Source: Eledone cirrhosa (lineage: Eukaryota). From it: a stretch of DNA of 64,000 nucleotides. The stretch covers positions 55,552,001-55,616,000 of the forward strand of contig OZ024743.1 in the NCBI GenBank assembly GCA_964016885.1. The letters run 5' to 3'. Below, one piece after another: positions 12,301 to 25,919 of the stretch. The position numbers and the translations under genes are program-made. The first letter of the stretch is position 1. Each line of letters starts with the position of its first letter. A model generated the notes under the pieces. That model did no database searches. It was not told the origin of the DNA and was given only the letters and a program-made list of their open reading frames with translations.

Positions 12301-15186
12301 GACCGGGTGGGTGGGTGTGTGTGTGGGGGGGGGGGGGCATCGTCAACAACAAGTGGTAGTTTGCTCTGAAAAGAGCGATTAGAATAGAGTCCATTAGGTT
12401 TAGTAAGGCTTTAGCAATAGAGAAAAATAGAGCAGAGGGAAAACTAGTTAGAAAATTAGACGAGGCGCTTAGCAAAGGCATCGCGACCGACATACTTGCG
12501 GCGAAATTGGCCCTTGACCAATTCTTCAATGCAAAGCACGAAGGCTGCATTGTCAGAGCTAGGGTGCGTGCTCTCAGACACGAGGGGACGAAAGCCGTTC
12601 AATGGGCCCGAGTGGCGGAGGCGCGTCGTGGCAACAAAGCCACGATCCGGTCTTTGTTGGACCACGACGGGCGCATGCTACTCGATCCCGTGTGAAGCTT
12701 TTCAGCGACACTTCGCACAGCTGTTCGGGGGCAGCGGCGGGCCGGATCGAGGGATAGACTTTAGTGTCTACCTCGACGGACTGCCGCGGCTCTCGGCCAC
12801 TGAGGCGGAGTGTTGCGAAAAGCCGATAACAGCCGCTGAAGTACGAGAGGCAATGACTGGCTGCACAAGGGCTAAATCGCCTGGTTTGGATGGTCTGCCC
12901 TATGAACATTACGTACAGATGCCAGACTTGTTCGGAGGCCTGTTGGTGGACGTCTACTGCAACTGGCAACAGAACGGGAGAATTCCCAGCTCTGTGAGCG
13001 GGGGAGCTGTGGTGCTGCTGAGAAAGGGTCCGAACAAGGGGGATAACATAGATAATTTCAGGCCCATACCTCTGCTAAACACAGAGTTCAAGATTTTGGC
13101 CAAGGTGCTAGCAAAGAGGTTGGCGCTTGTCGTTGGTGGTCTGGTGGGAGAGGCGCAGTCATGCGCAATTCCCGACAGATCCATCCACGACAACCTCCAC
13201 CTCATGCGATACATCGTAGAGAGGGTAGCTAGGGAACCTGGCACGGGTGGGTCCTTGATCAATTTAGATCAGTCGAAAGCTTTCGATAGGGTCGACCATC
13301 GTTACCTAGCGGCAGTCCTGAGGGCGGGTGGTTTTGGGCCCGTCCTCAGAGGCTGGATCGCTGCCATGGACAGCGAAATCTGTTCTGTGGTGAGAGTGAA
13401 CGGTCACCTTTCGGAACCGTTCAACATCATGCGCTTGGTCCACCAAGGATGTCCCCTCTCATCCCTCTTGTACATATTGACTCTCGAGCCATTACTGCAC
13501 AAACTGGAGACGTTGAGGGGAGTCCCGCGCGAACTAGGATGCGGAAGATCCGTGTCAGCATATGCGGACGATATCACCGTAGTGGTGTCGAACGCCAAAC
13601 ACATCGAGGCGATCGGCACTACACTAAGAGAATACGAAGCGGTGACAGGAGCAATGATCAACCAGGAAAAGTCAGTGGGCCTGCAGCTCGGCACCTGAAG
13701 AGGCAGGTCTATGCCGTCCAACAGCGTCGTCGGGCGCTGGACGGACGGACCGGTTAAATTGCTAGGAGTCTGGTTCGGAACGGACCACCAGACGGACAAA
13801 AACTGGGACGAGGTGACGAGCAGGGTGGCTTCTCTCACCCAGAAATGGGCGGAGAGGAAGCTATCCTGAAAGGTCGAGCGGAGGTGGCTAACGCGTACAT
13901 CGCGTCCGTCATCTACGACCGCCTGACCGTTGTACCTTGTCCTAAGCCTCGCCTGACTGCGATGCAGCATTTGCTCTTTCGCTTTTTGTGGAAGGGATGC
14001 GCTTCGATGGTCAGGCAGTCCATCTGCTGTCAACACCCGCTACGTGGAGGGCTGGGCATGCCATGGCTGATGATGAGAAGACACGCGCTCAGGCTACGAC
14101 TTCTCCACCACTTCCTCGACGGTGAGGTGTGGTCGCCGTTTGCTAGACACGTCTTTCCCCTGCTCGTCTCCTTGACGGAGCTGCAGTCCTGGGTCAAGCG
14201 AAGACCGAGAGGGAGCGCTTGGAGACTGGAATGTCTTCAGGCGCTCACAGCCCTCGACCAATCGGGCAATGTGATCGGTGGAAACTCCACCTCGGCGTTC
14301 TATAGAGGATTAGTGGAGGGGAAGATCGACGACGTACTTGGAGAAACTCTAGGCGTCGACGAAAATCAACTAGCCAATCTCTTCGGAAGGACTTTCGGGC
14401 CGGGGCCTATGGACAACTTCCAGAAATCCCTGGTCTGGCAGTGCTACCGAGGAGCTTTGCCAGTTCGGAATAAACTCTACAGGCATGGAGGTGCCGTCAG
14501 CCGGGCATGTCCGAGATGCGCGCAGGGCGACGAAACCGTCCTGCACGAACTCGTCCAGTGTCCGAGCATTGCTGACTTGTGGGTTTATGTCGAACACCTG
14601 CTGTCACGTGTAGGACGGATCCAGCTATCAGCTGAGTCCATCGTGAGGATTGCACCGCCGTCTTCCTTTAGCCGGGAAGGGCAGGCAGTTTTTATCTGTC
14701 TGGTGGCCATGGCGAAAGAGATAGTATGGTGGACACGTTTGAAAGGGCTAAAGACGAGCACTCACATCTTCGGTGATGCCTGATTAACTTTTTCAAATTT
14801 CATTTGAAAAGGAAAATCAGGGTAGAGAGGGAAGTGCTCTCTTCCCAGCATTTTGTTGAAAGATGGGTGAGAGAAGCAAGTATGGCCCGAGTGAATGGGC
14901 CTACTCTGAGTATGTGTCTGTAAATTAAAGGTGGAAAACTGGGAGATGGCACTTGCCCTGGTGGTCAGGGTCACTGTGGCCTTTTAATGGGCTTTCTCCA
15001 CAAATGTCCCTCGGAAGTCTCCCCCCTAGTGGGGAATTTTTCTTTGTTATTTTTTTGTTACATCCTCTGTTTTTGTTTTTTTACACGCAGAAATGCCCAT
15101 TTGTACCGTCCTGTATTGTCCTGTACTGTCCTTAATGTCTACTTTATGCAAACCCTTGTGGTTAATAAAGAAAGCATTATTATTAT
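9322..15186 (+). mobile_element. Apparently full-length Tx1 LINE, copy 2 (different 5'UTR/ORF1, degenerate ORF2)
   Basis: ORF1 pieces from ATG 9538 include CVVCGEGTHLRAFC. ORF2 (11504-14923) is near-identical in DNA to copy 1 but carries stops, frameshifts and small deletions. It has the same 3'UTR and a short (ATT)n tail. Confidence 0.92.
11504..14923 (+). pseudogene. Disrupted Tx1 ORF2 (copy 2)
   Basis: Fragments 11720-12052, 12176-12382, 12496-13698 and 13845-14783 align piecewise to the 1139-aa ORF2. Confidence 0.9.
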
Positions 15187-15456
15187 CCTCCTCTTCCACC
15201 TCGTTTTCCTTCTCCTCCTCCTCCTTCTTCGTCTTCTTCTCCTTCTTCACCTATCTCTCTTTCTTTCACCCACTACGCCACCACCAGGTGTTATAGAACC
15301 AGTGCAGTACATATTAATATATTATATTTTAATCCTCTTTATATTTGTACTAAAAGCTATTTCTGTTATGTTCTATTTTTATTAACAACTCAATTCATTT
15401 ATAACACCTCTCTACCCCCCCCCCCCCCCCTCTCCCTTTCTTAAAACCTAGCTTTG

Positions 15457-15574
<118 letters not shown>

Positions 15575-15664
15575 ATACATACATATATATACACACACAC
15601 ACATATATATATATATACACAAGGACTCATGCCACCCTCCTACTGTTTTTAGAAACTTCGTAAA

Positions 15665-15826
15665 TAATTGTTTCTACTTTAGGCACAAGGCATTACTGGT
15701 ACTTTATTTTATCGACCCCGTAAGGATGAAAGGCAAAGTCAACCTCGGCGGGATTTGAACTCAGATCGTAAAGGGACGTAACTATGCTGGAAAGCATGGC
15801 GTCCGATCCTCTACCGATACTGCCAA
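15665..15826 (-). mobile_element. tRNA-derived SINE, family 1
   Basis: Reverse complement has an A-box-like tggcagtatcggtag, B box gttcaaatc, core ttgcctttcatccttacggggtcgataaaataaagtacc and end cttgtgcctaaagtagaaacaattatt. Confidence 0.85.
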
Positions 15827-15869
15827 TATCAGTACTAACCCTAACCCTAACCTCTCCTCTAATAAGGCT

Positions 15870-16914
15870 ATCTTTGAGAGCGGCACCCTACTATAACACG
15901 GCGTTAGCTAACAGCGGCTTCTCACAACCAATTACTTACTCCCTCACTAACAACAACAGTAATGAGAAAAGAAATCGTAACAATAGACAAACATCTGGTT
16001 CTCTCCTCCCTTCTCACTCAACGGTAAAACTAATGTAGGAAAACATTTTAGCCCTCTTAGATAGACACTTTCCCATGGGTCCCATAGACACAGAGTAAAA
16101 CTAGGGTACTCCTGCGCTAAGAGTATGAAGGCCCACATCACTAACAGTCCTAAGAGCGGCACCCCACCAGGGTGCTCTTGTCGTAAGCCCGAAGCTTGCC
16201 CCCTTCGACAGCAATGCAACACACCAGCTGTAATTTATGAAGCTGTGGTCACTTCCAACCAACCAAACCAACCACAGGAGGTCAAATCCTATGTGATTAT
16301 GGTGGAGCGCCAATTTAAGGAACGCTTCCTGAACCATCAGTTGAACTTTAGGTACCCGGACAGACGTTCATCCACGAAGCTCGCGAGCCACGTATGATCC
16401 CTCAAGGACTCAGGTATAGACTATTCCATTCAATGGAAAGCTATCACAAAGTTCAAGCTATACGCATGGGGCAATCCGTCTTGTGGACTGTGTATTGAAG
16501 GAAGGATAAATATTCTAAGGAGATTACGCAATAGCGATTGCCTAAATTCAAGAAATGAAATCTTCTCACGTTGTCCACATGTCTGGAAACACCATTTGCA
16601 TAACTACAATGCTCCGGATTGAATAACAACAACATTCTAATTTTCTAATCAACTCGAACATCTTTTCCAGACTTTCGCAATTTTCTCCATAACACCTTTC
16701 GCCCGTGGCTTTGAATCGCTTGGGTGAAGTGACCGTTTCTGCGCATGCGCGTTCATACGGTTGTTCTTCCTGTTTCGTATAACCATGACCAGTCCGAGCT
16801 GAAGATCTGCATAAGGTGAAACAATTGTTCTCGGTATGGTTGTGTTACTACTTCTACCAAACTCGTCCCATGGGCTGAATGCTCTACCACTACGGATATT
16901 ACCTTCCTGTGTTC
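15870..16914 (+). mobile_element. 5'-truncated Penelope-like element (Neptune-type Zn linker + GIY-YIG) with 3' pLTR
   Basis: Degenerate ORF: YYNTALANSGFSQPI, CSCRKPEACPLRQQC, VIYEAVV...SYV...FKERFLNH. It is followed by a hammerhead motif and a terminal segment shared with 41546-41730. Confidence 0.85.
16794..16834 (+). ncRNA. Minimal type I hammerhead ribozyme in PLE pLTR
   Basis: ccgag-CTGAAGA-tctgcataaggt-GAAAC-aatt-GTT-ctcgg: 5-bp stem I, short stem II, palindromic stem III (acaattgt), GUU triplet. Confidence 0.8.
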
Positions 16915-16956
16915 TATCTCTCTCTCACACACTCTCTCTCTATATATATATATGTA

Positions 16957-17033
<77 letters not shown>

Positions 17034-17042
17034 ATATGAATA

Positions 17043-17128
<86 letters not shown>

Positions 17129-17129
<1 letters not shown>

Positions 17130-17587
17130 GTCCCCAGTGCGCCTATGACAATCGGGATCACTTTGACTTCATGGCAGTTCCAAATCCTTTTTACCTCCCA
17201 CTTTAAGTCCTGGTATCGGTTAATTTTCTCCCTCTCCTTCTCTTGCACTCTCGTGTCGAATGGGCAAGCCACATCCACAATCAGACACGATCTTTTTTCT
17301 TTGTCCACAACCACCAGGTCAGGTCTATTGTGTTCCAGTTTCTTGTCCGTCTGTATCCTAAAATCCCACAGCACCTTCACCTGATCGTTCTCCAAAAGTT
17401 TCCAGGGATGGTTAAAGAAAATCGGCCCCTTCACGCTTTTTGGAACGCTTGAAAAGGCATGCTTGCTGGGAACAGCAAGAACCCTCCGATACGTCCTGAA
17501 TATCTGAGGCTGCAGGTAGTGGCTTGATATTCATTCCAACGGACTTTCCGGTTAACTAACATCAATGACTGAGACTCAAGGAATGGC
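17129..17587. mobile_element. Short R4/Dong-like copy with 5' inversion
   Basis: 17129-17390 matches about 565-825 in the same orientation (element antisense). 17391-17587 matches the reverse complement of about 366-560. (TAA)n lies on both flanks. Confidence 0.88.
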
Positions 17588-17820
17588 AATAATAATAGTA
17601 ATAATAATAAATTTGAAGTCTAAAATCCAAAGAGGGCTCGATAAGGATAAATATATATCAAATATATAAGAACCATAGAGCAAATATTTATTAAAATACC
17701 AGATTAAAGTTTAAGCAAAGAATCGCTGCTTTCACCCTTAACGGAATCTTTTGAAACAAAAAAAAATCAATCTGTGAACGCAGAAGTAAATATTTTGAAA
17801 AACGTTGCAGCCGATGGAAG

Positions 17821-17968
<148 letters not shown>

Positions 17969-18468
17969 CTTTGGGATGGCGTGCATAGGGGAATAAGTGT
18001 CACCCTGACCTGGTGTTTAGTTTTCTCATTCATGCTTATTTTCTAATCTTTACCAACGTTGCTTGAGGTATTAACTAGGGGAGATTAACTTTCGAATGCC
18101 ATTGTGATTTTTAAAAAAAAATGTTGATTCTTCGTAACAAAGACACTACTAGGATATTAGAGATGTGAAGACCGCAGTTGCCACCAGTTCGAATGACGTC
18201 AACAGCGAAGACAAGGATGAATCACTATTGGTTGGCTCTTGAATAATGACGTGTTTATACGTCTATTGTGGGTGTATGTGTTTGCTTGTGTATGTATCTG
18301 CTTATGGTGTGTATATGGTAAGATTTACAGCAAGGTCGGAACAGATGATGTATAAAAATAAAAAAATAACAAAAACGAAACGAAACGAAACAGAAACAAA
18401 CAAAACAAACATGCATGGGGAAAATAATAAAGTAAATAACAATACATAGAAAGCATTAAAAACACAGA

Positions 18469-18519
<51 letters not shown>

Positions 18520-18904
18520 ACTGATGAATAAACGAAGAGAGTGGAAGAGAAGAAAGTGGTGGAGTGGACGAGGAAGAGGGTTGGGAGGAGGACAGACAAA
18601 TGAATAATGAGAAAATGAACGCCAACGAAATGCGCAGTAGCAAAAGACGAACGGGTAGGAAACGCTTATGCCTCATTTAAAATCCTATCTTACCGATATC
18701 CGGCTATTTATTACTTTCTGCCATGGAAGCGGGGAAATTCCCGTGGCAGTTTCTCATCAGAGAGTGACAAACGGAAGAAATTAGTTAGTTCAACAGAGAG
18801 TCCAGAATCAAGCAGCGACACTAGGAATAACAGATACCTTTTCAAGTTTGGCGAAACGAAGAACAACAAGAAGAAAAAAAGAAGGATTTTTCTATTTATA
18901 TTTT

Positions 18905-19638
18905 TAATTCCTTTTGTTGTGTTGTCGCTAATATTGTTATAGTTGTTGTTGTTGTTGTTAATGTTGTTGTTGTTATAGTTGTTGTTGTTGTTGTTGTTAA
19001 TGTTGTTGTTGTTATAGTTGTTGTTGTGAATGTTATGGTTGTTACAGTTGTTGTTGTCGTTGTTGTTGTTGTTCCTGTTGTTGCTCTTGTTGTTGTTGTT
19101 GTTGTTGTTGTTGTTACAGTTGTCATTGTTGTTGTTGTTACAGTTGTCATTGTTGTTCTTGTTGTTGTTGGTGTTATTGTTGGTGTTGCTAATGTAGCTG
19201 TTATAGTTGTTATTGTTAATGTTATTGTTGCAGTTGTCATTGTTGTTGTTGTTGCTGAAATCATTGTTGTTTTACAGTTATCGTTGATGTTGATGTTGTT
19301 AATGTTGCGGTTATTGTTGTTGTCTTTGTTAATGTTATTGTTGTTGATGTTAGGGCGGTGAATTGCCAGTATCGGTAGAGCGTCGGACACTATGCTTTGC
19401 CGCATATAGTTACGTCCCTTTAAGTTCTGAGTTCAAATCCCGCCGAGGTTAACTTTGCCTTTCATCCTTACGGGGTCGATAGATAAAGCACCAGTAATGT
19501 ACTGGGGTCGATTTAATCGACTTTCCCTTCCCCCTTCAAATTGCTGGCCTTGTGCCTATAGTAGAAACAGTTATTGTTGTTGCTGTTGTTCCTGTTGTTA
19601 TTTTTGTTGATAATGTTGAGGATGTTGTTATTGCTGTT

Positions 19639-19671
<33 letters not shown>

Positions 19672-19830
19672 ATTGTTGTTATTGTTGTTTTTGTTTTTGT
19701 TGATGTTCCTGATGTTATATTTGTTGATAAACTTCATGTTGCTGTTCTTGTTATTCTGCTGCTGTTGCTGCTGCTGTCGCTGCTTCTGCTTCTGCTACTG
19801 CTTCTGCTGCTGCTACTGCTGCTGTCGGTG
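18905..19830. repeat. Degenerate (TTG)n/(GAT)n/(CTG)n low-complexity tract with an embedded SINE
   Basis: Direct reading of the sequence. The poly-T/V ORFs here are artefacts. Confidence 0.9.
19353..19572 (+). mobile_element. tRNA-derived SINE, family 1, full length
   Basis: ggcggtgaattgccagtatcggtagag...gagttcaaatcccgccgagg...cttgtgcctatagtagaaacagtt. Confidence 0.88.
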
Positions 19831-20029
19831 ATGCTTTCTGGTGGCTACAAAAGCCAGTTTGTGTTGACAGTTGGCGGCAGTCTCCATTGAATAGTTAATC
19901 AATATTGACAGATTCTAAAATGTGATTGAAATAGACGCTGTCACGGAGCAGACATATTTCATTTCGAGAAGATTCTGTTTAACTTTCAGAATTACTTTAT
20001 TGAAACAGTTTGTTATTCCAAACGTGAAA

Positions 20030-20297
20030 CATTCTCTTCGCTGAAGCATAAACAAATTTGAAACATCTGTGATCAAATTTCGCTATGATCTGTCTTAATT
20101 TATTTTTTACACCTGCTTTCTAATTAACTCATTTAAATCCCGCCTTTCCCTCCCATACAAAATGTGACATATTCTCTTCGCTGAAGCATAAACTAATTTG
20201 AGACATCTGTGATCAAATCTAGCTATGATCTGTCTTAATTTCCTTTTTACACCTGCTTCTACTCAATTCATTCGAACCCCACTTTTCCCTTCCATAA
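20030..20297. repeat. Two-copy tandem duplication of about 140 bp
   Basis: attctcttcgctgaagcataaac...acatctgtgatcaaat...tttttacacctgc occurs at about 20031 and about 20171. Confidence 0.85.
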
Positions 20298-20561
20298 ACC
20301 AAATTAAAAAAACGAATTAACATTTTAGCATTGACTGGTTTATTTTAATGAATGTGCGCACATTTTAGATGAGTACGTTGGTAGTTAAAGTGTTTGACTG
20401 ACAATCATGGGGTCACGGATTCAATTCCTAGACCGGGCGACACTTTGTGTTTTTAGGCAAAATATTTTGATTTACATTGCTTTTTCTCTCCCACATCACA
20501 AACATACGCACACACAAACACACACAAACACATAATACACACACACACACACATATATATG

Positions 20562-20628
<67 letters not shown>

Positions 20629-20755
20629 TCTCTGATAAAGGTCTAAATATTAAGACTTTTTCTTGCTATTTCAAGCCTTAAACTAATATATTTATTCAAT
20701 GTACTGTTCCGTTTGCTTTGTTTAATTTTATTTGTTTAATTTTAACGTATACACA

Positions 20756-20786
<31 letters not shown>

Positions 20787-21596
20787 GCGCAGTCTGTGGT
20801 TAAGACATTCCTAGGTATCTTTACAAGAGTGATGGAAACTGTGTAGAGGGAATCTGTTTAGAAACTCATGCAATCGTATTTGTAATTCAAAAGCAACATG
20901 TTGTATAACGCCGATTCAGCATAGGAATTACGTTAAGAGTGTACTCAACCACTTTATACGTTAATTCTCGCGAGCTTGATGTTCAGCTGGTCAATCGACT
21001 TCATGCTCATCGTCGATACCAATATAGGATCCACCAGGTCCTAATCTACGACGCTTCTTAACACTTTCCATGTATTAATTAGCGAATATAAATAAAAAAT
21101 TAAACAGAAAATAGAGATAATAAACAAAATTAATATATTAATAATAATGATAATAATAATAATAATAAAGTGATATTTCAAAACGATAATAAATTGTGAA
21201 ATTATTAATGAAAATGAAATTTGTGTGGAGATGAATTAAGTGAGTAAATTTAATCTATTGAGTTAACCTCTCAACCTGGCATAAAAACTGCAGTTTTCAA
21301 TTAAGTTACAAATTGAATTTATTTTAAACAGAGAAGATACAAATTACAAACGTTGGCACAATTTATGATATATATTTTTGAAAATCAAATTCATTGTTCA
21401 TAAACTATAATTAAAATTTTGGGTCATAATGGCACATTATTAACAAAAAAACATAAGATTTATTTTATCTAATGTTCTATTATATATCCTAATCTGAAGC
21501 TTCATTCATTTTCTATCTAACTAGATTCAGATATTTAATAGATTTCATATGTATATATATAATTTAAAATATTATTAATGTTTAAAGTATCACGTG

Positions 21597-21633
<37 letters not shown>

Positions 21634-21636
<3 letters not shown>

Positions 21637-22234
21637 TGGCTGCCAACTCGTTTTCGAGTACAGCCACTACTTTATATCCATGTAGGAGAACCCCTACCGA
21701 TGCGCTGAACGAGTGTGACTTTTTAGTCCAGCCAGCGACTTGAGAACTCTGGTACAAACACTACACTTGTGACAATTATTGACACATAGTGCTGGGCCCA
21801 TGGTACCATGTGATGACAAATGCAGAGAGATCTCCAGATATAAAGTAATGCCTGTGCCGTGAAGATTTTATAGTGAGCAAAGGCACTACACAAAGCCCAC
21901 TCTCTTAACCAAGATGATATTTACCAAAAAGAAGAACAAGTCAACATCATTGGATACCATCAGAGTTGCAGGTGTTATATCAGAGTTTTCCATCTCCTAG
22001 AATTCTGCCTTGACAAAGGCTAAGGGGTCATCTCTCCCGGTGATTTTGGATGGCCATTGATTCTTAAGAGCTCCTTTGCCCTTTGACAGGTTTTGTTTTT
22101 AGTCCTGCAGGATGTCCAAAGTCACCCTCTTCACCAAGAAACCTTGGTGGGGTTGCCAGTTTAGTCGCCAACAACCCGACCATGAGACAGGTTGTACTGG
22201 CATACATGTTACCAGTAGCACCAACTGGTGACCT

Positions 22235-22237
<3 letters not shown>
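21634..22237 (-). mobile_element. Probable non-autonomous RTE-derived element embedded in (TA)n
   Basis: The minus strand has ctaggagatggaaaactctga, which resembles RTE 5' regions as I recall them, and a terminal stem-loop gtggctg..ctcg/cgag..cagccac next to (AT)n. A partial duplicate lies at 22296-22352. Confidence 0.4.
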
Positions 22238-22295
<58 letters not shown>

Positions 22296-22364
22296 GGGTC
22301 ATCTCTCCCGGTGATTTTGGATGGCTATTGACTCTTAAGAGCTCCTTTGCCCTGTGTGTGTGTG

Positions 22365-22397
<33 letters not shown>

Positions 22398-22747
22398 AAA
22401 GTCACCTGTTACTTTAAACATTAATAATATTTAAATTTTTAATTGCGGAAGGAGTTTATAAACACCCCATATTTGAGTGCATATGTATATATATATATTA
22501 TATATATGAGTGTGTGTACACGTGCTTGTGTGTGTGTGTGCGTGTGCGCGCGTGTCGACTAGTATTTTTAGGCATAGGCATGGCCTTGTAGTTGAGAAAT
22601 GTATTTCATAGCCATGTGATTTTGAGTTCAGTCACACAGTGGCACCTTGGATGACTCGATGGGATCAATGTGGAGGGAGACTGTCGTATTTCTCTCTCTC
22701 TCTCTCCCCCTCTCTCTCTCTCTCTTTCTCTCCATCTATTTATATAT

Positions 22748-22822
<75 letters not shown>

Positions 22823-22929
22823 CACACATCTATATATACATATATGTATATACATATTTACACACACACAGTGTGTTCTGTTATTAATTCTGGTAATATT
22901 ATTACAACAATATGACCCTCCCCAAGTAT

Positions 22930-22966
<37 letters not shown>

Positions 22967-23121
22967 AAAATGGAACGGGAACAAAACAGAGAGGCAATAC
23001 AAACAAAGCTTTATTAGTTTCACGCTCTTGGGGGTGAAGTGAGGTTAGGAGTGATATATATATATATATATATCAAGGCATGTATTGAGTTAGAAACTCA
23101 AAATAAGGTTACTAATTTCTT

Positions 23122-23202
23122 CACCCGCTGATGAGTTTAGGACTTTGGTAATCCTTTTCACAAATAATATTGCGCAACGGTTTTATCAAAACTGTCCGGG
23201 TG
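23122..23202 (+). ncRNA. Degenerate hammerhead ribozyme
   Basis: cacccg-CTGATGAG...tc-aAAAC-t-GTC-cgggtg: perfect 6-bp stem I, with GAAAC mutated to AAAAC. Confidence 0.5.
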
Positions 23203-23379
23203 TTCGGTTATTACCACAATTATGGTTTGTATCTATTTTTCTTGATTTATTCTTAACTTGAGCCTGGCAAACCCTATTGATTGTAGTTAGTATTTTGTTC
23301 ATCTTAGCGATTCTGGTCCATTGCGATTTGAACACATATATGTAAACGTCTGTGTTCGTTTTTCTTTTTAGTTCAGTTA

Positions 23380-23439
<60 letters not shown>

Positions 23440-24191
23440 AAATTGCAGATTGATTGAAATAAACAATACAAATGTTGCAAACAAAAGACAACCGTTTTCA
23501 CTGCAGATATCTAAGGATATCACAGTTTGCGCTACATTAAGGAATGGTGTACTTTATCATCCAAAATGTACCCGAGCATCTGTGGAAATTATCTCAGTAA
23601 CTGTTTAGAAACAAAGAGTGCAAAGGGCGAGTAACGAGGCAAAATAGATTAGTCTCCAAATAGATTATATATATATATATATACGTATATCTGAAAGTTT
23701 GTCTAACTCAGCTCACGACCACATGGGGGTATTAAACTTACTCTTGAAAAAATCATAGAATATACTACCAAGTTATGCTCGATTCTGAGAGATGGACGGC
23801 CGTATTCTTTTATTTTTTATTTTTTATTTTTTATTTTTACGTTTGTCCAAGTTAAATATTGCTCTTCGCAAACATTAAAACATGCGTTGCCTCTCTATAG
23901 TAGAAAAGTCACAAATATAAACAACATTATCATACGATATTTTTTTCTTATCGATCTGACTCGGGTTTTGTATTTTGTTTTAGCAAGTTCTTCTACTTCA
24001 CTGCCCGGGAAGGACATCTTGAAGATCGATAAGGCGTGATAATTGGTACACTTCAAGATATGATTCCTGCCAGACTGATTCTAAATTAATAGTATTAAGG
24101 TAAACAAACTTCAGCACAGAGAGTAGTAGCCGCATTAAAACCCACACATACACAATATATATGTACTTACATATATATGAATCCATGTATG

Positions 24192-24265
<74 letters not shown>

Positions 24266-24409
24266 CGTATGTGTGCATATATGCACACGCATGGATATAC
24301 ACGCATACACACGCACGCGCACACACACACACATATATATATATATATGAATGTCTTTATACGTTTTTGTGTGCTTGGGTTTGTGAAGATAGAGAAGAAG
24401 AGAGACAAA

Positions 24410-24472
<63 letters not shown>

Positions 24473-25399
24473 CGTATGTATGTATGAGTAGAGATAGAGA
24501 GCGAAAAAGATAAATACTATATATATATATATATATAGTATTTATCTTTTTCGCTCTCTATCTCTACTCATACATACATACACACATACACATATATACA
24601 TATATAAATACGTACATACATAAATACATAAATACATATATACATACATAAATACGCACGTCCATACGTACATACATACAAACAAACATACATACATACA
24701 TACATACATACATACATACATACATACATACATACATACATACATACATACATACATACATAATTGTGTCCGGAATATAGATGTAGAAAACATACATTGT
24801 AATCAAACGGCAAAAGGAAAGAGTAAGAAGATAAGAAACAAGCAAAAAATATATGATACAATAGTGACATTAATTATAACACAGATCAGAGTTTAACTGG
24901 CATTATTCCACAATCGAATTAGTTCCTTCTCTTGTGTAGGTATGGTGGAACAGAGGGTAAGGCCTCGGCGTTGCAGCACACACAGATGCATCAAGTATTC
25001 TATTAGGTATTAGTATACTGACAAAGGAGAGGAGGTGTATAGTGTGAATGTATACAAGGAGACATTGAGTAGACAATGAATGCTACTTACCTGTCAGTTT
25101 CTCACTATTTACTTCCACGTATCAAGGGAGTTAATCTCATTTGTTAAATCAGCATTCGCCATTTTGTATTGTATTGTATACATTTATATATTCAGCTAAT
25201 GCTGACATGTATGTATGTGTGTATGTGAGTATGTACGCGGGTGAAAATGTATGTATGTTCTATATGTGTATGTATGTGTGTATATAATATATGCATGTAT
25301 ATATGTATGTATGTATGTATGTATGAATGCCATGGTTGTGTGTGCAAAAAGGCACGAAGATAGCTAACTTCATACAAACATATATACACCCCCTGCACG

Positions 25400-25504
<105 letters not shown>

Positions 25505-25505
25505 T

Positions 25506-25581
<76 letters not shown>

Positions 25582-25606
25582 AGAGCGAGAGCGAGAGAGA
25601 GTGTGT

Positions 25607-25739
<133 letters not shown>

Positions 25740-25919
25740 ATGGAAGTCAACAGTATGATAAGTACATCCATTGCTAGTCAATGAGCAAAGCGGAAATTAA
25801 TTTTAGGTGCAGCAGACGATTTGCAGCATTTTCAATAATTAGTATATAGATGTCATTTCACATACATACATACTGGTTGGCTACTCAATTTCGAGTTTTA
25901 CAACGTACTTATGTGATAA

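Noticed and set aside
18700-18770. CTGATGAG on the minus strand followed by a hairpin and GAAA
   Set aside because: No stem I complement or stem III can be formed.
20628-20690. ctgataaagg...ccttaaactaat hammerhead-like relic
   Set aside because: There are multiple core mismatches. It is at best a decayed pLTR.
25085-25165. Minus-strand splice donor CAG|GTAAGTA with an upstream ATG
   Set aside because: Stops occur in all frames upstream and there are no other supporting exons. A non-coding exon cannot be excluded.
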